Below are positions 46,319-56,531 of a stretch of 64,000 nucleotides of DNA, one piece after another. Each line of letters opens with the position of its first letter. Positions within the stretch are counted from its first letter, which is position 1. This DNA comes from an uncultured bacterium. GTDB lineage: Bacteria > Babelota > Babeliae > Babelales > Vermiphilaceae. The notes under the pieces were generated by a model, which saw nothing but the letters and a program-made list of their open reading frames with translations, was not told the DNA's origin and made no database searches. The position numbers and the translations under genes are program-made. The DNA is taken from the NCBI GenBank assembly GCA_963703265.1, contig OY969806.1, forward strand, positions 722,407-786,406, given 5' to 3'.

Positions 46319-47719
46319 TTAGGTGAGTGTTGCCTTTTTCCAACGTTCGCCGTTAAATCTTTTGATATACCATATACTCATAAGTGCGTTGCCAATATAA
46401 AATGAACCGTACAGGAGAATAAGTTTTACTGCTTCATTTTGAAATTGCCATTGGGATAATACGTACGAAATAGGTCCAAAAAAACAACAACAGGTAACAA
46501 GTCGGACTCCCATGACAATTCGTACATTACCGGTACCGCGAAGCGCCCCTGATAAAATTAATTGTAGCAAATCAAATAAAATAAATATACTCAGAATAGG
46601 AAATGCTTGAGCTGCTAATTCATTAAATTCTCCTTTTTTATCAAAGAGATAAATGATGTGGGATAATTTGTATATAAACAAAGATCCGATAATGATAATA
46701 GCTGTGGATGCTAAAAGGAGAGTTTTTTTAATATTTATTTTAATGCCATCCCAATTTTTAATACCTGCGTCATTGCTGACTAAAAAAGTTATGATTTGTG
46801 CAAATGCAAGAGCAGGTAAAAACACAAAACGTTCCATATCTTTTACTACACAAAATGCGGCAGTTCCTGTCGTTCCAATGGTTGCGATTCTACTGCCAAG
46901 CCAAATATATGCTCCTGCCATAATACCTTTATCAAGTATTACTGGCCATGATATAGTGAGTAAATGTTTTATATAAGAAGTGTCATTGAGGCCGGAAAAA
47001 ATATTGATACCATATTTAAGATTTTTTTTATTCCATATTACATATAATAGAGCAATAATCATCATGCTACTGTATTGGATGATAGTTGCGAGAGCAGAGC
47101 CTTGTAATCCCATGGTTGGAAATCCCCATTTGCCGAAAATGAGTACATAGTCAAAGAAAACAAAAAGGATTGAACCAAATATAAAAATTTTCATAGGAGT
47201 TCGGGGATTTTTAATACCGCGCAAAAAACCAACAAGTGCAAAATAAATGAACATGCATAAAACACCAATTGCTCGTAATTGTAGGAAAGGAACACCAAGT
47301 TCAATAATTTCTTGTGAAACACCGTACCATGTGTAAAAAGTTCGAGCACCAAAAAAAAGAATTCCGCCAAAAAGTAGTCCTAACATGGTGCTGAGCCAAA
47401 AAGCATCACGAATAGTACGACCTGCATTTTCATGAGAATTTTGACCATTAAATTGCCCGCTTAATACGGTTGTGCTTACTGAAAAAGCTTCACCTATTTT
47501 TATGATAAAATTTAAAAAAAGATTGGTTACGCCTAATGCTGCGTAAGTATTAATCATGCCAAGCGATCCTATAAATGCTGAATCAAGCCAAAAAGGCATT
47601 GCTAATAAAAAGGTAGTAATAAATTCAGTCAAAAAATAGTGTAATAATGTGGTATATTTTTCACCTTTTTCATTGTTGTACATATCACGGAAATATTGTG
47701 CAATTAAATTTCTCACCAT
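46319..47719 (-). CDS. MATE family efflux transporter
   Basis: 12-TM, 466-aa protein with MATE-like duplicated halves. Confidence 0.8.
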   Translation of the reverse strand: MVRNLIAQYFRDMYNNEKGEKYTTLLHYFLTEFITTFLLAMPFWLDSAFIGSLGMINTYAALGVTNLFLNFIIKIGEAFSVSTTVLSGQFNGQNSHENAGRTIRDAFWLSTMLGLLFGGILFFGARTFYTWYGVSQEIIELGVPFLQLRAIGVLCMFIYFALVGFLRGIKNPRTPMKIFIFGSILFVFFDYVLIFGKWGFPTMGLQGSALATIIQYSSMMIIALLYVIWNKKNLKYGINIFSGLNDTSYIKHLLTISWPVILDKGIMAGAYIWLGSRIATIGTTGTAAFCVVKDMERFVFLPALAFAQIITFLVSNDAGIKNWDGIKINIKKTLLLASTAIIIIGSLFIYKLSHIIYLFDKKGEFNELAAQAFPILSIFILFDLLQLILSGALRGTGNVRIVMGVRLVTCCCFFGPISYVLSQWQFQNEAVKLILLYGSFYIGNALMSIWYIKRFNGERWKKATLT

Positions 47720-47721
47720 TA

Positions 47722-48384
47722 CTAACTCCTTATGCAGGTAATTTTTTGTTTAAAGAAGATAAATTTTCTGAGTATTGTATCGATTGTATAAACTATTTCT
47801 TTGGTAATAAAGGAATGAAGAGATGGTTGGGGGATCCATTGTTTTGATGCCCAGTAGATTACTGTCGCATGCTGATACGGGGAATTTTGCTTAAAGATAC
47901 GAACAAGTTCTTCCGGTTGCAAGGAAGCACGAGCAAAAAAGTAGTCAATGGGATAATTTGTTGTACGTAAAAAGGTGCGCCAATCATAGGGGTAGATTAT
48001 TACATTATTTAAGGCAAGTTCCTTAATAATATAGTCTAAAAATGTTCTTTTTTTATTATTGACCTCGATAAGGACAACTTTTAGATGAGGAAAAAGGATT
48101 TTTAATGGAATGCCGGGAAAACCTGCACCAGTACCAATATCGCTGATATAGTCTATTTTAGTAAAATCAATATGGTGCATTAATGCGAGAGAATCATCAA
48201 AATGAGATGTGCAAATAGCGTCTGGATCGGTAATTGAGGTAAGATTAAATTTTTGATTCCAGGTGATTAATAATTCCATATAATGCTTAAATTTGGCACT
48301 TAATTCAATTGTTAAGTCATATTTATTAATTAAGTGCTGTAATTGAATGTTGGTTAAAGTACTCTCTAGATGCGACTTATTCAT
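47722..48384 (-). CDS. rsmG: 16S rRNA (guanine527-N7)-methyltransferase
   Basis: WNQKFNLTSI and SAM motif DIGTGAGFPGIPLKI. Confidence 0.9.
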   Translation of the reverse strand: MNKSHLESTLTNIQLQHLINKYDLTIELSAKFKHYMELLITWNQKFNLTSITDPDAICTSHFDDSLALMHHIDFTKIDYISDIGTGAGFPGIPLKILFPHLKVVLIEVNNKKRTFLDYIIKELALNNVIIYPYDWRTFLRTTNYPIDYFFARASLQPEELVRIFKQNSPYQHATVIYWASKQWIPQPSLHSFITKEIVYTIDTILRKFIFFKQKITCIRS

Positions 48385-48475
48385 TTTTGTTCCTTTAAAA
48401 CATAGCGTTGAGCTTCTTTTCTATGGTATCATGATTAAGAGTAAAATACAATTTGTATTACCGATGTGAGCCATT

Positions 48476-49165
48476 ATGAAAAAATACTATTATCTTTCTC
48501 TGGCAGCGTTTTTATTTGTATGCATGGAAATGATGGCTAATCCAACAATCTCATTCTTTTTTCACCCGTTAAGTGATTTAGAAAAAACAATTTCTCAATT
48601 GAAAAAACCAGGACATATTACTACAGCTCAAGTTCATGGAATAATGAATCATTCATCAGTTATGGGCATTGTTGTTCTTTATGCTGGCTTTATAGCAGTA
48701 TCTGATTTTGGTGGAGAGGTTATTATGCCTCGAAAGCATGCTAGTCCATCAGTGAACATTGTAGTTACCTCAGAACTTTTACCGGTTATGTTGTTTGAAA
48801 ATACCGTTGACCATTGGCAGTTTATACCAGGAGTTCCCGCAGTGATGTATTCAGGTGAACAAAAATATAATGATGAAACTGGACATTATTATTGGGAATT
48901 AAAAAAAATATCAATACCGGCAGATTATAAAATTCCGCTTTCCTCTATTATTATTGTTGCAAAACCAAAAAATATTGTTATACCTTCAGGTATAACACCA
49001 ACGCATGAGACAGCGAATCTTGTATTGCCACCTATATATGTAACTAAAGGAATAAACATTGTAACAAATAATATCTATATGCTTACTCTTCGGCATTTAT
49101 TCAAGCCTATTGATTTAAAAAATAAACGTGAGCCAATTCAAATTCTTACTCATGTTATGGATTAA
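48476..49165 (+). CDS. Secreted hypothetical protein
   Basis: Signal MKKYYYLSLAAFLFVC-MEMM. No recognisable domain. Confidence 0.55.
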   Translation: MKKYYYLSLAAFLFVCMEMMANPTISFFFHPLSDLEKTISQLKKPGHITTAQVHGIMNHSSVMGIVVLYAGFIAVSDFGGEVIMPRKHASPSVNIVVTSELLPVMLFENTVDHWQFIPGVPAVMYSGEQKYNDETGHYYWELKKISIPADYKIPLSSIIIVAKPKNIVIPSGITPTHETANLVLPPIYVTKGINIVTNNIYMLTLRHLFKPIDLKNKREPIQILTHVMD

Positions 49166-49269
49166 GGAGGAGAGCATCCATTTTTTTAAAATAAGAAATA
49201 CTGCTATACTTAATGAGAATTATTCATAATAATTACCATAATAGTGATCGCCTTCTTTGAGGATGTGAT

Positions 49270-49896
49270 ATGAAATTACAAATATCATTCGATCTTATTG
49301 ATTTAGATAAGGCTATTGCCATTGGATTAGATGTTGTTCAGTATGCAGATATCATTGAGATTGGAACTATTCTTATTTATCGTCATGGCATTGAGGCATT
49401 GAGACGATTTAAAGAAGCATTTCCTGATAAAGTAATTCTTGTTGATACCAAAATTGTTGATCGAGGAAAAGAAGCAGCGGAGCTTTTCGCTGGTAGTAGA
49501 GCAGATTGGATTACGGTTATGGCCGGGACATCGCCACATATTATTCATGCTACTACGACAGCAGCTCACAATGCAAATGTTAAAGTAATGCTTGATTTAA
49601 TAGATTCAAATTCAATAGGGCAATCAGCGTTAGAGGCAAAAAATCTTGGTGTTGATGCACTTCTTTTTCATCAACCATACAGTGAGGCAGAGTCGCTTGT
49701 ATTTCTTGATAAATGGGACATGATAAAAGGCAATAGCAGTTTGCCTATTTTTGTTTCAGCAAAAATTAATAGAGATAATGTTGATAAAATTGTTGCTCTT
49801 GGCCCTGATGCTATTATTGTTGGGGTGAGTATTACCGATTCTCAAGATAGTGCGGCGGAGGCACAATATTTTGCGCAGTTGGTGGGAAAGTTATAA
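49270..49896 (+). CDS. 3-hexulose-6-phosphate synthase / 3-keto-L-gulonate-6-P decarboxylase family (OMPdecase superfamily)
   Basis: MKLQISFDLIDLDKAI...DIIEIGT...VDTKIVDRG...ITVMAG matches the HPS/UlaD N-terminal pattern. Confidence 0.6.
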   Translation: MKLQISFDLIDLDKAIAIGLDVVQYADIIEIGTILIYRHGIEALRRFKEAFPDKVILVDTKIVDRGKEAAELFAGSRADWITVMAGTSPHIIHATTTAAHNANVKVMLDLIDSNSIGQSALEAKNLGVDALLFHQPYSEAESLVFLDKWDMIKGNSSLPIFVSAKINRDNVDKIVALGPDAIIVGVSITDSQDSAAEAQYFAQLVGKL

Positions 49897-50260
49897 GAAA
49901 TATTAAGAGTAAAAAAAATAATAGAAACAAGATTTTAAAATTGTTGAACTTTGTTTGGTGATGCTTTGACTTGATCTATCTGTTACGATTCGTGATGTAT
50001 TCTTTTGCAAGTTTTGATTTATATAGCATAGGCCATTAAAAAAGCCTGATAATTACGTCAACAAAAGGCCGTAATAACAAATTATTTTATGGCATATCTT
50101 TGGTTTTGGCATTCTTAGACTTGAAACGCTTTTATCATATTTTTAAATATAAAATTTTCTCATTATCTTAATTTGCTAAATTTTGTTTTTTTGTTATAAT
50201 TTTAAATATAAGATAGAATAATTTATTTTGTTAGTATATTAAGCTTTTAGGAATAAGAAT

Positions 50261-50902
50261 ATGATTAAATTATTCATCAAATATGGAATTTTGTCTATAT
50301 TAATAAATTTACCACACGTAATTATTGGAATGATAAAACCTTCAATAGAGATGGGAAATTTCCGTTTTCGTTTACATCACACTATAAAAGAAGGAATCGA
50401 GGACGCACATTACTTAGAAAATCATCCTGATGGTACAGGGGAAATTTATACGCGAGTCGCATCTCCTTATCTGTTAGATGAACATACTGGACCTCAAGCT
50501 ACTTTAGTTAAAAATAAGACTAATGATTATTATTTAAAAGTAAATGATTTAAAAGAAAAATATTGTCATCCTTTTAGAAATTTGATAAATAATAATGCAA
50601 TTTTAAGCAAACCACAAGAAGCATGCGAAATACTCTTAACAGATTGTTTTGATAGAACATTTGAAATACTGAAAGAATGTCAAGCGCGGGGCCCTTTTGC
50701 TCTTACTATTCCTAATGCGCAATACGCAAAGAATGGCATACCAAGACGTTTGATAGTTACAGCCTTGAAAGATCATTCCAAAAACAACCTTACACTCTTC
50801 ATTCGTGGTATCTGTGGGTTAGCTGTTCTTGCCATTTTTGCTATTATTTTATTGCACCTCAACAAAATGCCTCAGCTTGAAATTCTTTTATCATATCTAT
50901 GA
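50261..50902 (+). CDS. Hypothetical protein with a C-terminal tail anchor
   Basis: 213-aa ORF with a single TM (GICGLAVLAIFAIILLHL) about 15 aa from the end. Confidence 0.5.
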   Translation: MIKLFIKYGILSILINLPHVIIGMIKPSIEMGNFRFRLHHTIKEGIEDAHYLENHPDGTGEIYTRVASPYLLDEHTGPQATLVKNKTNDYYLKVNDLKEKYCHPFRNLINNNAILSKPQEACEILLTDCFDRTFEILKECQARGPFALTIPNAQYAKNGIPRRLIVTALKDHSKNNLTLFIRGICGLAVLAIFAIILLHLNKMPQLEILLSYL

Positions 50903-50940
50903 ATTACAACATTATATTTTAAAAAAAGATTTTTATATTG

Positions 50941-51106
50941 CACCCTTCGATCAGCCTTCGTTAAAACTTCGGCTGACGCAATCCGCCATAGCTTTAGCGA
51001 CGGCGGGTGCTTTTTTTTAGGCAAAAAACTTAGGGCGAGCGGTGGGAATGATATAGCGATCTAATCATTATGATTATGAATATATCGAGATTGAATTCGC
51101 GTTAAA
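50941..51106 (-). repeat. Composite repeat, copy 4, with a larger nested GC-rich hairpin module. It abuts the stop of 51107..52660.
   Basis: The gene-proximal part, gatatagcgatctaatcattatgattatgaatatatcgagattgaattcgcgttaa, matches copy 3. The distal stem cacccttcgat...cgagcggtggg encloses CCGCCatagctttagcgaCGGCGG. Confidence 0.7.
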
Positions 51107-52660
51107 TTACATACCCCACACAGTAATAATATCTTTACCTATTTCATGCTGTTGAACAAAAATTTTTTCATCCCATGATTTATTTGATTTGCGATTAAAT
51201 ACAATTAAATGACCTTCTGTTGCATTATTAGTATTCATGTAATTGGAAGTTTGTTGTAGGCCATCGGGAATGGTTTGTGGGCCACGATCAATTTTAAGTT
51301 CAATTACAATGCGCTGATTATTCCAAAAAATTAATAAATCAACACGCTTTCTGCCTAACGCATATTCTCGATGAATCTTTCCCCCACCATTTATAATCCT
51401 TTGCAAAAAAGCCATCAATAATAAATGTGGTCCTGACTCTTTATAATCAAACTTTTCTAACCAAATGTCAGAATTTTCACGATAAAATTGCGTAAATGCT
51501 TCAAGCATTTTATGCATATTTAATGAACCATCATTATTTTTATACCAACTATTTCCTGGTGTAGTTTCTTGCATACTTTCTTGATCGGTATATACCAATT
51601 CACGAGGAATAACTTCTTGATATATTGGATTTGCTATTTTTATTCCTTTTTGCGTGATAAGTCCTAAATCGCGAACATATTGTAAATCATCTATTTTAAA
51701 TGATTCTTCTTGGCCTGTGCCACTAATAATTGCGTCAATAATACGACGAACACGTGGCTCTTCTAATTTATGAACCAGTTGATCAATATGTGTATCTCTG
51801 CGTAAAATAAGCACATCTTTTGCTCGCTCAATAACATCTTTGGTAATTAGCTGAGTGCGATCAGTAACATCCCTAAAACATGCTTGATATGCCAAAGCAT
51901 TTACGAGCCATGGCTGACCTTGCGTTAAATAAAATGCATATTCTACCGCCTCATCAGTAAATTGTTGACCAGTTTCTTGAGTATGCTGCGCATACAAAAT
52001 TTGAATTTGCTCTAATGAAAAATTAGATAAAGTTAAACTTTCTGCCTTTACATTAAAAGCGCTACCACCAAGCACCATATTATGCTCTGATTCAGACCAA
52101 ATACGATAATCACGCACATCACGCACGCCAACTAAACATACCGATTGAGGAAAATTATCAGGTCGTTCATTATAACCTGCTCGTAATTGCCGTAAAACAG
52201 AAATAAGTGTATCACCAACAAGAGAATCAATTTCATCAATAAAAAGAACAATTGGTTTATCAGATGACCGACTCCATTCTTCCAAAACTTCTTGTAAACT
52301 TCCACCCGAAACTCTTTCTAATGCATTTTCAATATGAGTAAAAAATGAATCATCATTTTTTAATAATAATTTTGCAGCTCCACGTAATCTATTTAAAATA
52401 ATTTCCATAGCATGTTTAACATCATTGCGTGCAGCCTGTGCAGGCTCAATATTGACATATAATGCTTTATAATTGTTGGTAGCGTTGAGCTTCTGTGCAA
52501 ACATACGAATTGCGGTTGTTTTACCGCTTTGTCGCGGCGCATGTAAAATAAAATATTTTTTTTCTTCGATAAGTTGTAGAAACAAAGCTTCATCTAATCT
52601 ATGCGGAACATAATAGTGATCTTTTGGATTTACCGGGCCAGCAATTGTAAACGTACGCAT
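51107..52660 (-). CDS. AAA-type ATPase + PD-(D/E)XK nuclease-like protein, copy 3 (divergent, no palindrome insert)
   Basis: MRTFTIAGPVNPKDHYYVP, GKTT, LFIDEIDSL, RVDLLIFWNNQRIVIELKI. Confidence 0.8.
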   Translation of the reverse strand: MRTFTIAGPVNPKDHYYVPHRLDEALFLQLIEEKKYFILHAPRQSGKTTAIRMFAQKLNATNNYKALYVNIEPAQAARNDVKHAMEIILNRLRGAAKLLLKNDDSFFTHIENALERVSGGSLQEVLEEWSRSSDKPIVLFIDEIDSLVGDTLISVLRQLRAGYNERPDNFPQSVCLVGVRDVRDYRIWSESEHNMVLGGSAFNVKAESLTLSNFSLEQIQILYAQHTQETGQQFTDEAVEYAFYLTQGQPWLVNALAYQACFRDVTDRTQLITKDVIERAKDVLILRRDTHIDQLVHKLEEPRVRRIIDAIISGTGQEESFKIDDLQYVRDLGLITQKGIKIANPIYQEVIPRELVYTDQESMQETTPGNSWYKNNDGSLNMHKMLEAFTQFYRENSDIWLEKFDYKESGPHLLLMAFLQRIINGGGKIHREYALGRKRVDLLIFWNNQRIVIELKIDRGPQTIPDGLQQTSNYMNTNNATEGHLIVFNRKSNKSWDEKIFVQQHEIGKDIITVWGM

Positions 52661-52695
52661 AATAGTTTTCCTAAAAATATACTATAAGATTATAT

Positions 52696-53544
52696 TTACC
52701 AGTTAAGATTTTCTGGGAAATATTCCGAGACTAACTCTTTATAGTATGGCATAAGTTCTTTTATATTAACAGGATGTGTACTTTTTGAATAAAGATCATA
52801 GGTGCTAAATAATTTTAACCATTTCATCATTGATGTATCATAATCATTCATTAAATAATAATAATCGTCTTCTTTATGAGCAGCATAAAATGAGTGGTAT
52901 CGAATAATATAGAGAGCTTCTTGGGGCAAATAGTTTTTTATTACTAAATAGAGATATTCGTCATGGCCCCATGACATATGTACTGAATTAAGTCCGCAAT
53001 GGGGATGATAAATGCCATAGTGTGTTTGTAGTGCTGCATTATTAATATCGGGATTATATTTAAAATAAGGATTAAAAATAATTTTATTTGAGTATGCACA
53101 ACCAACGGGGAATGTGTCGCCCACTACGGCCCATTGTGGTTCGCCAAAAAGTATTAAAACTTTTCCAAGATCATGAATTAATCCTACCAAAATCAGCCAA
53201 CGCGGTTGCCCATCTAAACGTAATTTTTCTGCTGTTTGAAATGCATGGACAGTTTGAGCCTGTTCTAAATCGGGATCGCTTTCATCGATGATAGTGTCCA
53301 ATGTTTGCATTGCTTGCCATATTCCCATGGATAATCTATCCAGAGTGCTATACTCCTTTTTTTTGTTGAGTACAAACTCTAATGTTTGGTTGGTGTGATT
53401 AAGGAGATAAAATTCTTTTACTGTTGCAGATGCATTATTTTCATAATCACGAAAATTATGAGTTATTGTTCCTTTAGAATTACAAAAGATAATGGTTGAT
53501 GTGGTGAGAAAGTAGAGAGATAAAAAGATGTTTTTATTATGCAT
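52696..53544 (-). CDS. myo-Inositol oxygenase (MIOX) with an N-terminal signal/anchor
   Basis: Near-continuous match to animal MIOX motifs: DESDPD, HAFQTAE, GLIHDLGKV, GEPQWAVVGDTFPVGC, HPHCGL, MSWGHDEYLY, IIRYHSFY, C-terminal NLNW. Start taken at the ATG at 53544. Confidence 0.9.
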   Translation of the reverse strand: MHNKNIFLSLYFLTTSTIIFCNSKGTITHNFRDYENNASATVKEFYLLNHTNQTLEFVLNKKKEYSTLDRLSMGIWQAMQTLDTIIDESDPDLEQAQTVHAFQTAEKLRLDGQPRWLILVGLIHDLGKVLILFGEPQWAVVGDTFPVGCAYSNKIIFNPYFKYNPDINNAALQTHYGIYHPHCGLNSVHMSWGHDEYLYLVIKNYLPQEALYIIRYHSFYAAHKEDDYYYLMNDYDTSMMKWLKLFSTYDLYSKSTHPVNIKELMPYYKELVSEYFPENLNW

Positions 53545-53573
53545 CGGGATTCCTTTTTTTTGTAGATTATTAT

Positions 53574-53598
53574 TTTTAATAAAACAAAACAAGGGTGA
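53574..53598 (-). promoter_or_regulatory. 25-nt upstream motif shared with the PAP2 gene
   Basis: Coding-strand CACCCTTGTTTTGTTTTATTAAAAA, 30 nt upstream of the MIOX ATG. 24/25 identical to 56532..56556. Contains a TATTAA -10-like hexamer. Confidence 0.35.
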
Positions 53599-53662
53599 CA
53601 TATTATTAAGATAAATGTAAGCTTATTTGTTATTAATAATTTAGTTAATAAAGGATGGTTGT

Positions 53663-55603
53663 TTGGTAGATAAGAAAATATTTTTTTTATTTAATGTTTT
53701 AATTTTTTGTGCGTTAGTTTTTGGTGGTGATATTGTTGTCAAAAAAAAAGATGTCAAAAAAAATAATATCTGTGCGTATTACAAGATACCAACGTATGAT
53801 AATACTAATTTTTTAGTCGATAATAAAATCTGTACCAAAAATTTTGATGGTAAGTTTATCATTTATGATAATATTATCGAACTTCCAATAGAAATATTGC
53901 AAAAAATAATGAGTGTATGTGATCTTGAATCTATTGGAAGGCTTAATCGTACATGTAGCAAAATAAATTCATATGGTATTATTAAACTATCAAGCCCAAT
54001 ACATTATAAAGAGTTATGGTGGGGAAAAAAATCACAAATAAATAAAGAGTTACAAGAGCAGAATTTAAATAATCTTTTTAAAGCATTTGAATTAGAAAAT
54101 GGTTTTTTTAAATGTTCATATATACTTAGTTTTTTAAGCATTAAAGCGAATGGTGAAGATGAGTTTAAAAGTCTTAGTGAATTAGATCAATCTATATTTG
54201 ATACAATTTGTTCATTTCATGCGCAAGAAATAAAAAGAATTTTGAATAGCCATCATAATTTGACTGATAGTTTTATTCAAAAAAATTATATTGAATGTAA
54301 GGATTTACTGATAGGTGATTATAGGAAAAATGCTAAAGATTATTTTCTTTTTATGTTTATATCGGCTATTCAGAAAAATCAAATAAATAGAGTGAAGCAT
54401 ATTTTACAGTATTTTAATTGGCATGGTAGTTTGGAAAAGGTTCCTTTTTGTCATTATTTTAATAAAGCAAGTCAAAAATTTACCATTGATGAATGTATAA
54501 GGCGGTCATTAATTAAGCAGGACAAAAATTTTAATGATAAGAAACTGCAAGAAACGCAACAGGAAATGATTGAATTTATATTAACAGATGATAAGTGTAA
54601 GGATTTGTGTAACGGATATGATATATGGGAGAATTTAGTTTTAAATTTGTATCATAATAGAAGCGACTATTTGAAGGATATGATTGATTTTTTGATGTCG
54701 AAGAAGTTTAAAAAATATACTGATGAAGGTTTCTCATATCATTTTTTTCTTCAAAAAAATGGTTTTTTTTCTGTATGCAAAGAAGAAGAATTTGATGATC
54801 TGATTAATTATTGGTATGAGAATAAAAATGAATATCTTTTAACTAAAGATCGTCAAATTGCATTGAGTGATTTTTATGTACAAAAAAATGTTGATTTTAC
54901 TAATAAAAAAATTATGTGGATAATAAATAATTTTTATAAAAAATGGAATGCGGAGTATAATGAAAAATATGCCTGGTTTTGGAATGTTTGGTCTAAAGCA
55001 TTTGATGAAAGCAATGAGGAATTAATGTTGTTTTTGATGGATAATAGTTTCTATGACTATGGTCATTGTTCTTATGAAATTTTTGAATGTTTATGTAAAA
55101 ATGGTAAAATAGATTTTGCTCAAAGATTGATTAAAGAAATAATTAACAAAAAAACATCCCATTTGTCTAGTTGCATGTCACTAGCATGTAAATATCAATA
55201 TGTTAATATAGTAAAAGATTTGCTTAAAGCAGAATGTGTTAATGAGGGGCTTAAGGATAACATATATTTTCACTGGGCATTACAGAATGATAATCCTGAA
55301 CCTGTTTTGAATTTGCTATTAAATAATGGAAAACTTGAAATAGAAAATAAGAGAAATGCATTAGATATTATGCGGTATAAGTATTGTGATAATCAGCAAG
55401 TTTATAATTTATGGAGATCTTTTTCTTTTTATGATAGATATAGCAGTAGAATAGAGATAATTTATTTTATGATAGGTAGTATATTTTGGGGAGTACCAGT
55501 TGCTTTGTTTTTATGTTTTCTCAATTCTTTTTTAGGTTTTTCAGTTTTGGTAATATTAATGGGTGCAAATGGCGTAGCTTTCTGGTTGTTTAAAATTTCA
55601 TAG
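53663..55603 (+). CDS. F-box-like protein with an N-terminal signal/anchor and two C-terminal TM helices
   Basis: LPIEILQKIMSVCDLESIGRLNRTCSKI matches the F-box LPxEIL...L..L..VCK pattern. TTG start after AAGGA. Confidence 0.65.
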   Translation: MVDKKIFFLFNVLIFCALVFGGDIVVKKKDVKKNNICAYYKIPTYDNTNFLVDNKICTKNFDGKFIIYDNIIELPIEILQKIMSVCDLESIGRLNRTCSKINSYGIIKLSSPIHYKELWWGKKSQINKELQEQNLNNLFKAFELENGFFKCSYILSFLSIKANGEDEFKSLSELDQSIFDTICSFHAQEIKRILNSHHNLTDSFIQKNYIECKDLLIGDYRKNAKDYFLFMFISAIQKNQINRVKHILQYFNWHGSLEKVPFCHYFNKASQKFTIDECIRRSLIKQDKNFNDKKLQETQQEMIEFILTDDKCKDLCNGYDIWENLVLNLYHNRSDYLKDMIDFLMSKKFKKYTDEGFSYHFFLQKNGFFSVCKEEEFDDLINYWYENKNEYLLTKDRQIALSDFYVQKNVDFTNKKIMWIINNFYKKWNAEYNEKYAWFWNVWSKAFDESNEELMLFLMDNSFYDYGHCSYEIFECLCKNGKIDFAQRLIKEIINKKTSHLSSCMSLACKYQYVNIVKDLLKAECVNEGLKDNIYFHWALQNDNPEPVLNLLLNNGKLEIENKRNALDIMRYKYCDNQQVYNLWRSFSFYDRYSSRIEIIYFMIGSIFWGVPVALFLCFLNSFLGFSVLVILMGANGVAFWLFKIS

Positions 55604-56498
55604 AGAGTTTAATAGCAGGATCACCATAATCATTTCTTTCAAATCCAAGTTCAAATTCTTTTTCTTGTGCCAGTTTAGAATCAATAATTTTATTGGCGGA
55701 AAGTGCGTACATTGCACCAAATCCTGCTCCAGCAATCATTTGTGAAAGATAATGGCGATTGCTTGATAAAAAAATTATGGTTACAAAGGCAGCTACGGCG
55801 CCTAATGGTACTGCTGCATTGGGGCCATAGCGCATGCCATAAAGAACGGCGGTATAGGTAGCTTCTGCAAGATGCCCTGAAGGAAATCCGCCAAATTTTC
55901 GTTGTTCTTTGGCAAATTTTTCATGAAATGGTCTTTTGCATAAATCAAAATCAAGTTTTTTAATAAGATCTTTTGCTAATAAAACAAATGGCATGCCGGT
56001 TAAAAACACTTGTCCTGTTACTTGCAAATCTCTATTGCGACTAAAAAAAGCTTGAACGCTTAAAAGAGCAATAGGAACACCAATGCTTAAACGAGCAATT
56101 TCTTTTATCCATTGTGCTGGTTCATTTCTATTTTTTTTGCTGTTGTGATCAAAAAAGCAATTGTGCAGTTTATCATCAATCATGCGTGCTCCCACAAAAA
56201 AAGGAGCGGTAATTACAAATATTTTAAATGAATCCCATGAAAAAAGACCTAGATTAACGTTGACAACATCTTTTGCGGTACTACTGAGCACACTTGTGAC
56301 ACGATTACTTAAAGGAGGTTTTTTGAGTAACCATGTTGTGTCGTTATAAACGGTGTGATTAAGGTAGGCATCTTTTTTTTTTTGAGTTCTTTTATTGCGT
56401 TGTTGTGTATACGTAAGCGTTTGTTTGTTTTCAGAATGAAGCATAGAAATAGTGCCAGTTATATAAAGAAAACAGACTATTTTCTTTGTATAATTCAT
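55590..56498 (-). CDS. PAP2-superfamily (acid phosphatase / lipid phosphatase) membrane protein with a degenerate third motif
   Basis: KRP (LCKRPFHE) and PSGH (FPSGHLAE) are present. SNRHYLSQMIAG replaces SRxxxxxHxxxD. Confidence 0.5.
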   Translation of the reverse strand: MNYTKKIVCFLYITGTISMLHSENKQTLTYTQQRNKRTQKKKDAYLNHTVYNDTTWLLKKPPLSNRVTSVLSSTAKDVVNVNLGLFSWDSFKIFVITAPFFVGARMIDDKLHNCFFDHNSKKNRNEPAQWIKEIARLSIGVPIALLSVQAFFSRNRDLQVTGQVFLTGMPFVLLAKDLIKKLDFDLCKRPFHEKFAKEQRKFGGFPSGHLAEATYTAVLYGMRYGPNAAVPLGAVAAFVTIIFLSSNRHYLSQMIAGAGFGAMYALSANKIIDSKLAQEKEFELGFERNDYGDPAIKLSMKF

Positions 56499-56531
56499 AT
56501 TACCTGCCGTTTTTTAATTATAGCTTATAAT

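Noticed and set aside
50829-51020. 63-aa ORF ending …LKLRLTQSAIALATAGAFF
   Set aside because: It is a translation of composite repeat copy 4 and its nested palindromes, not a gene.
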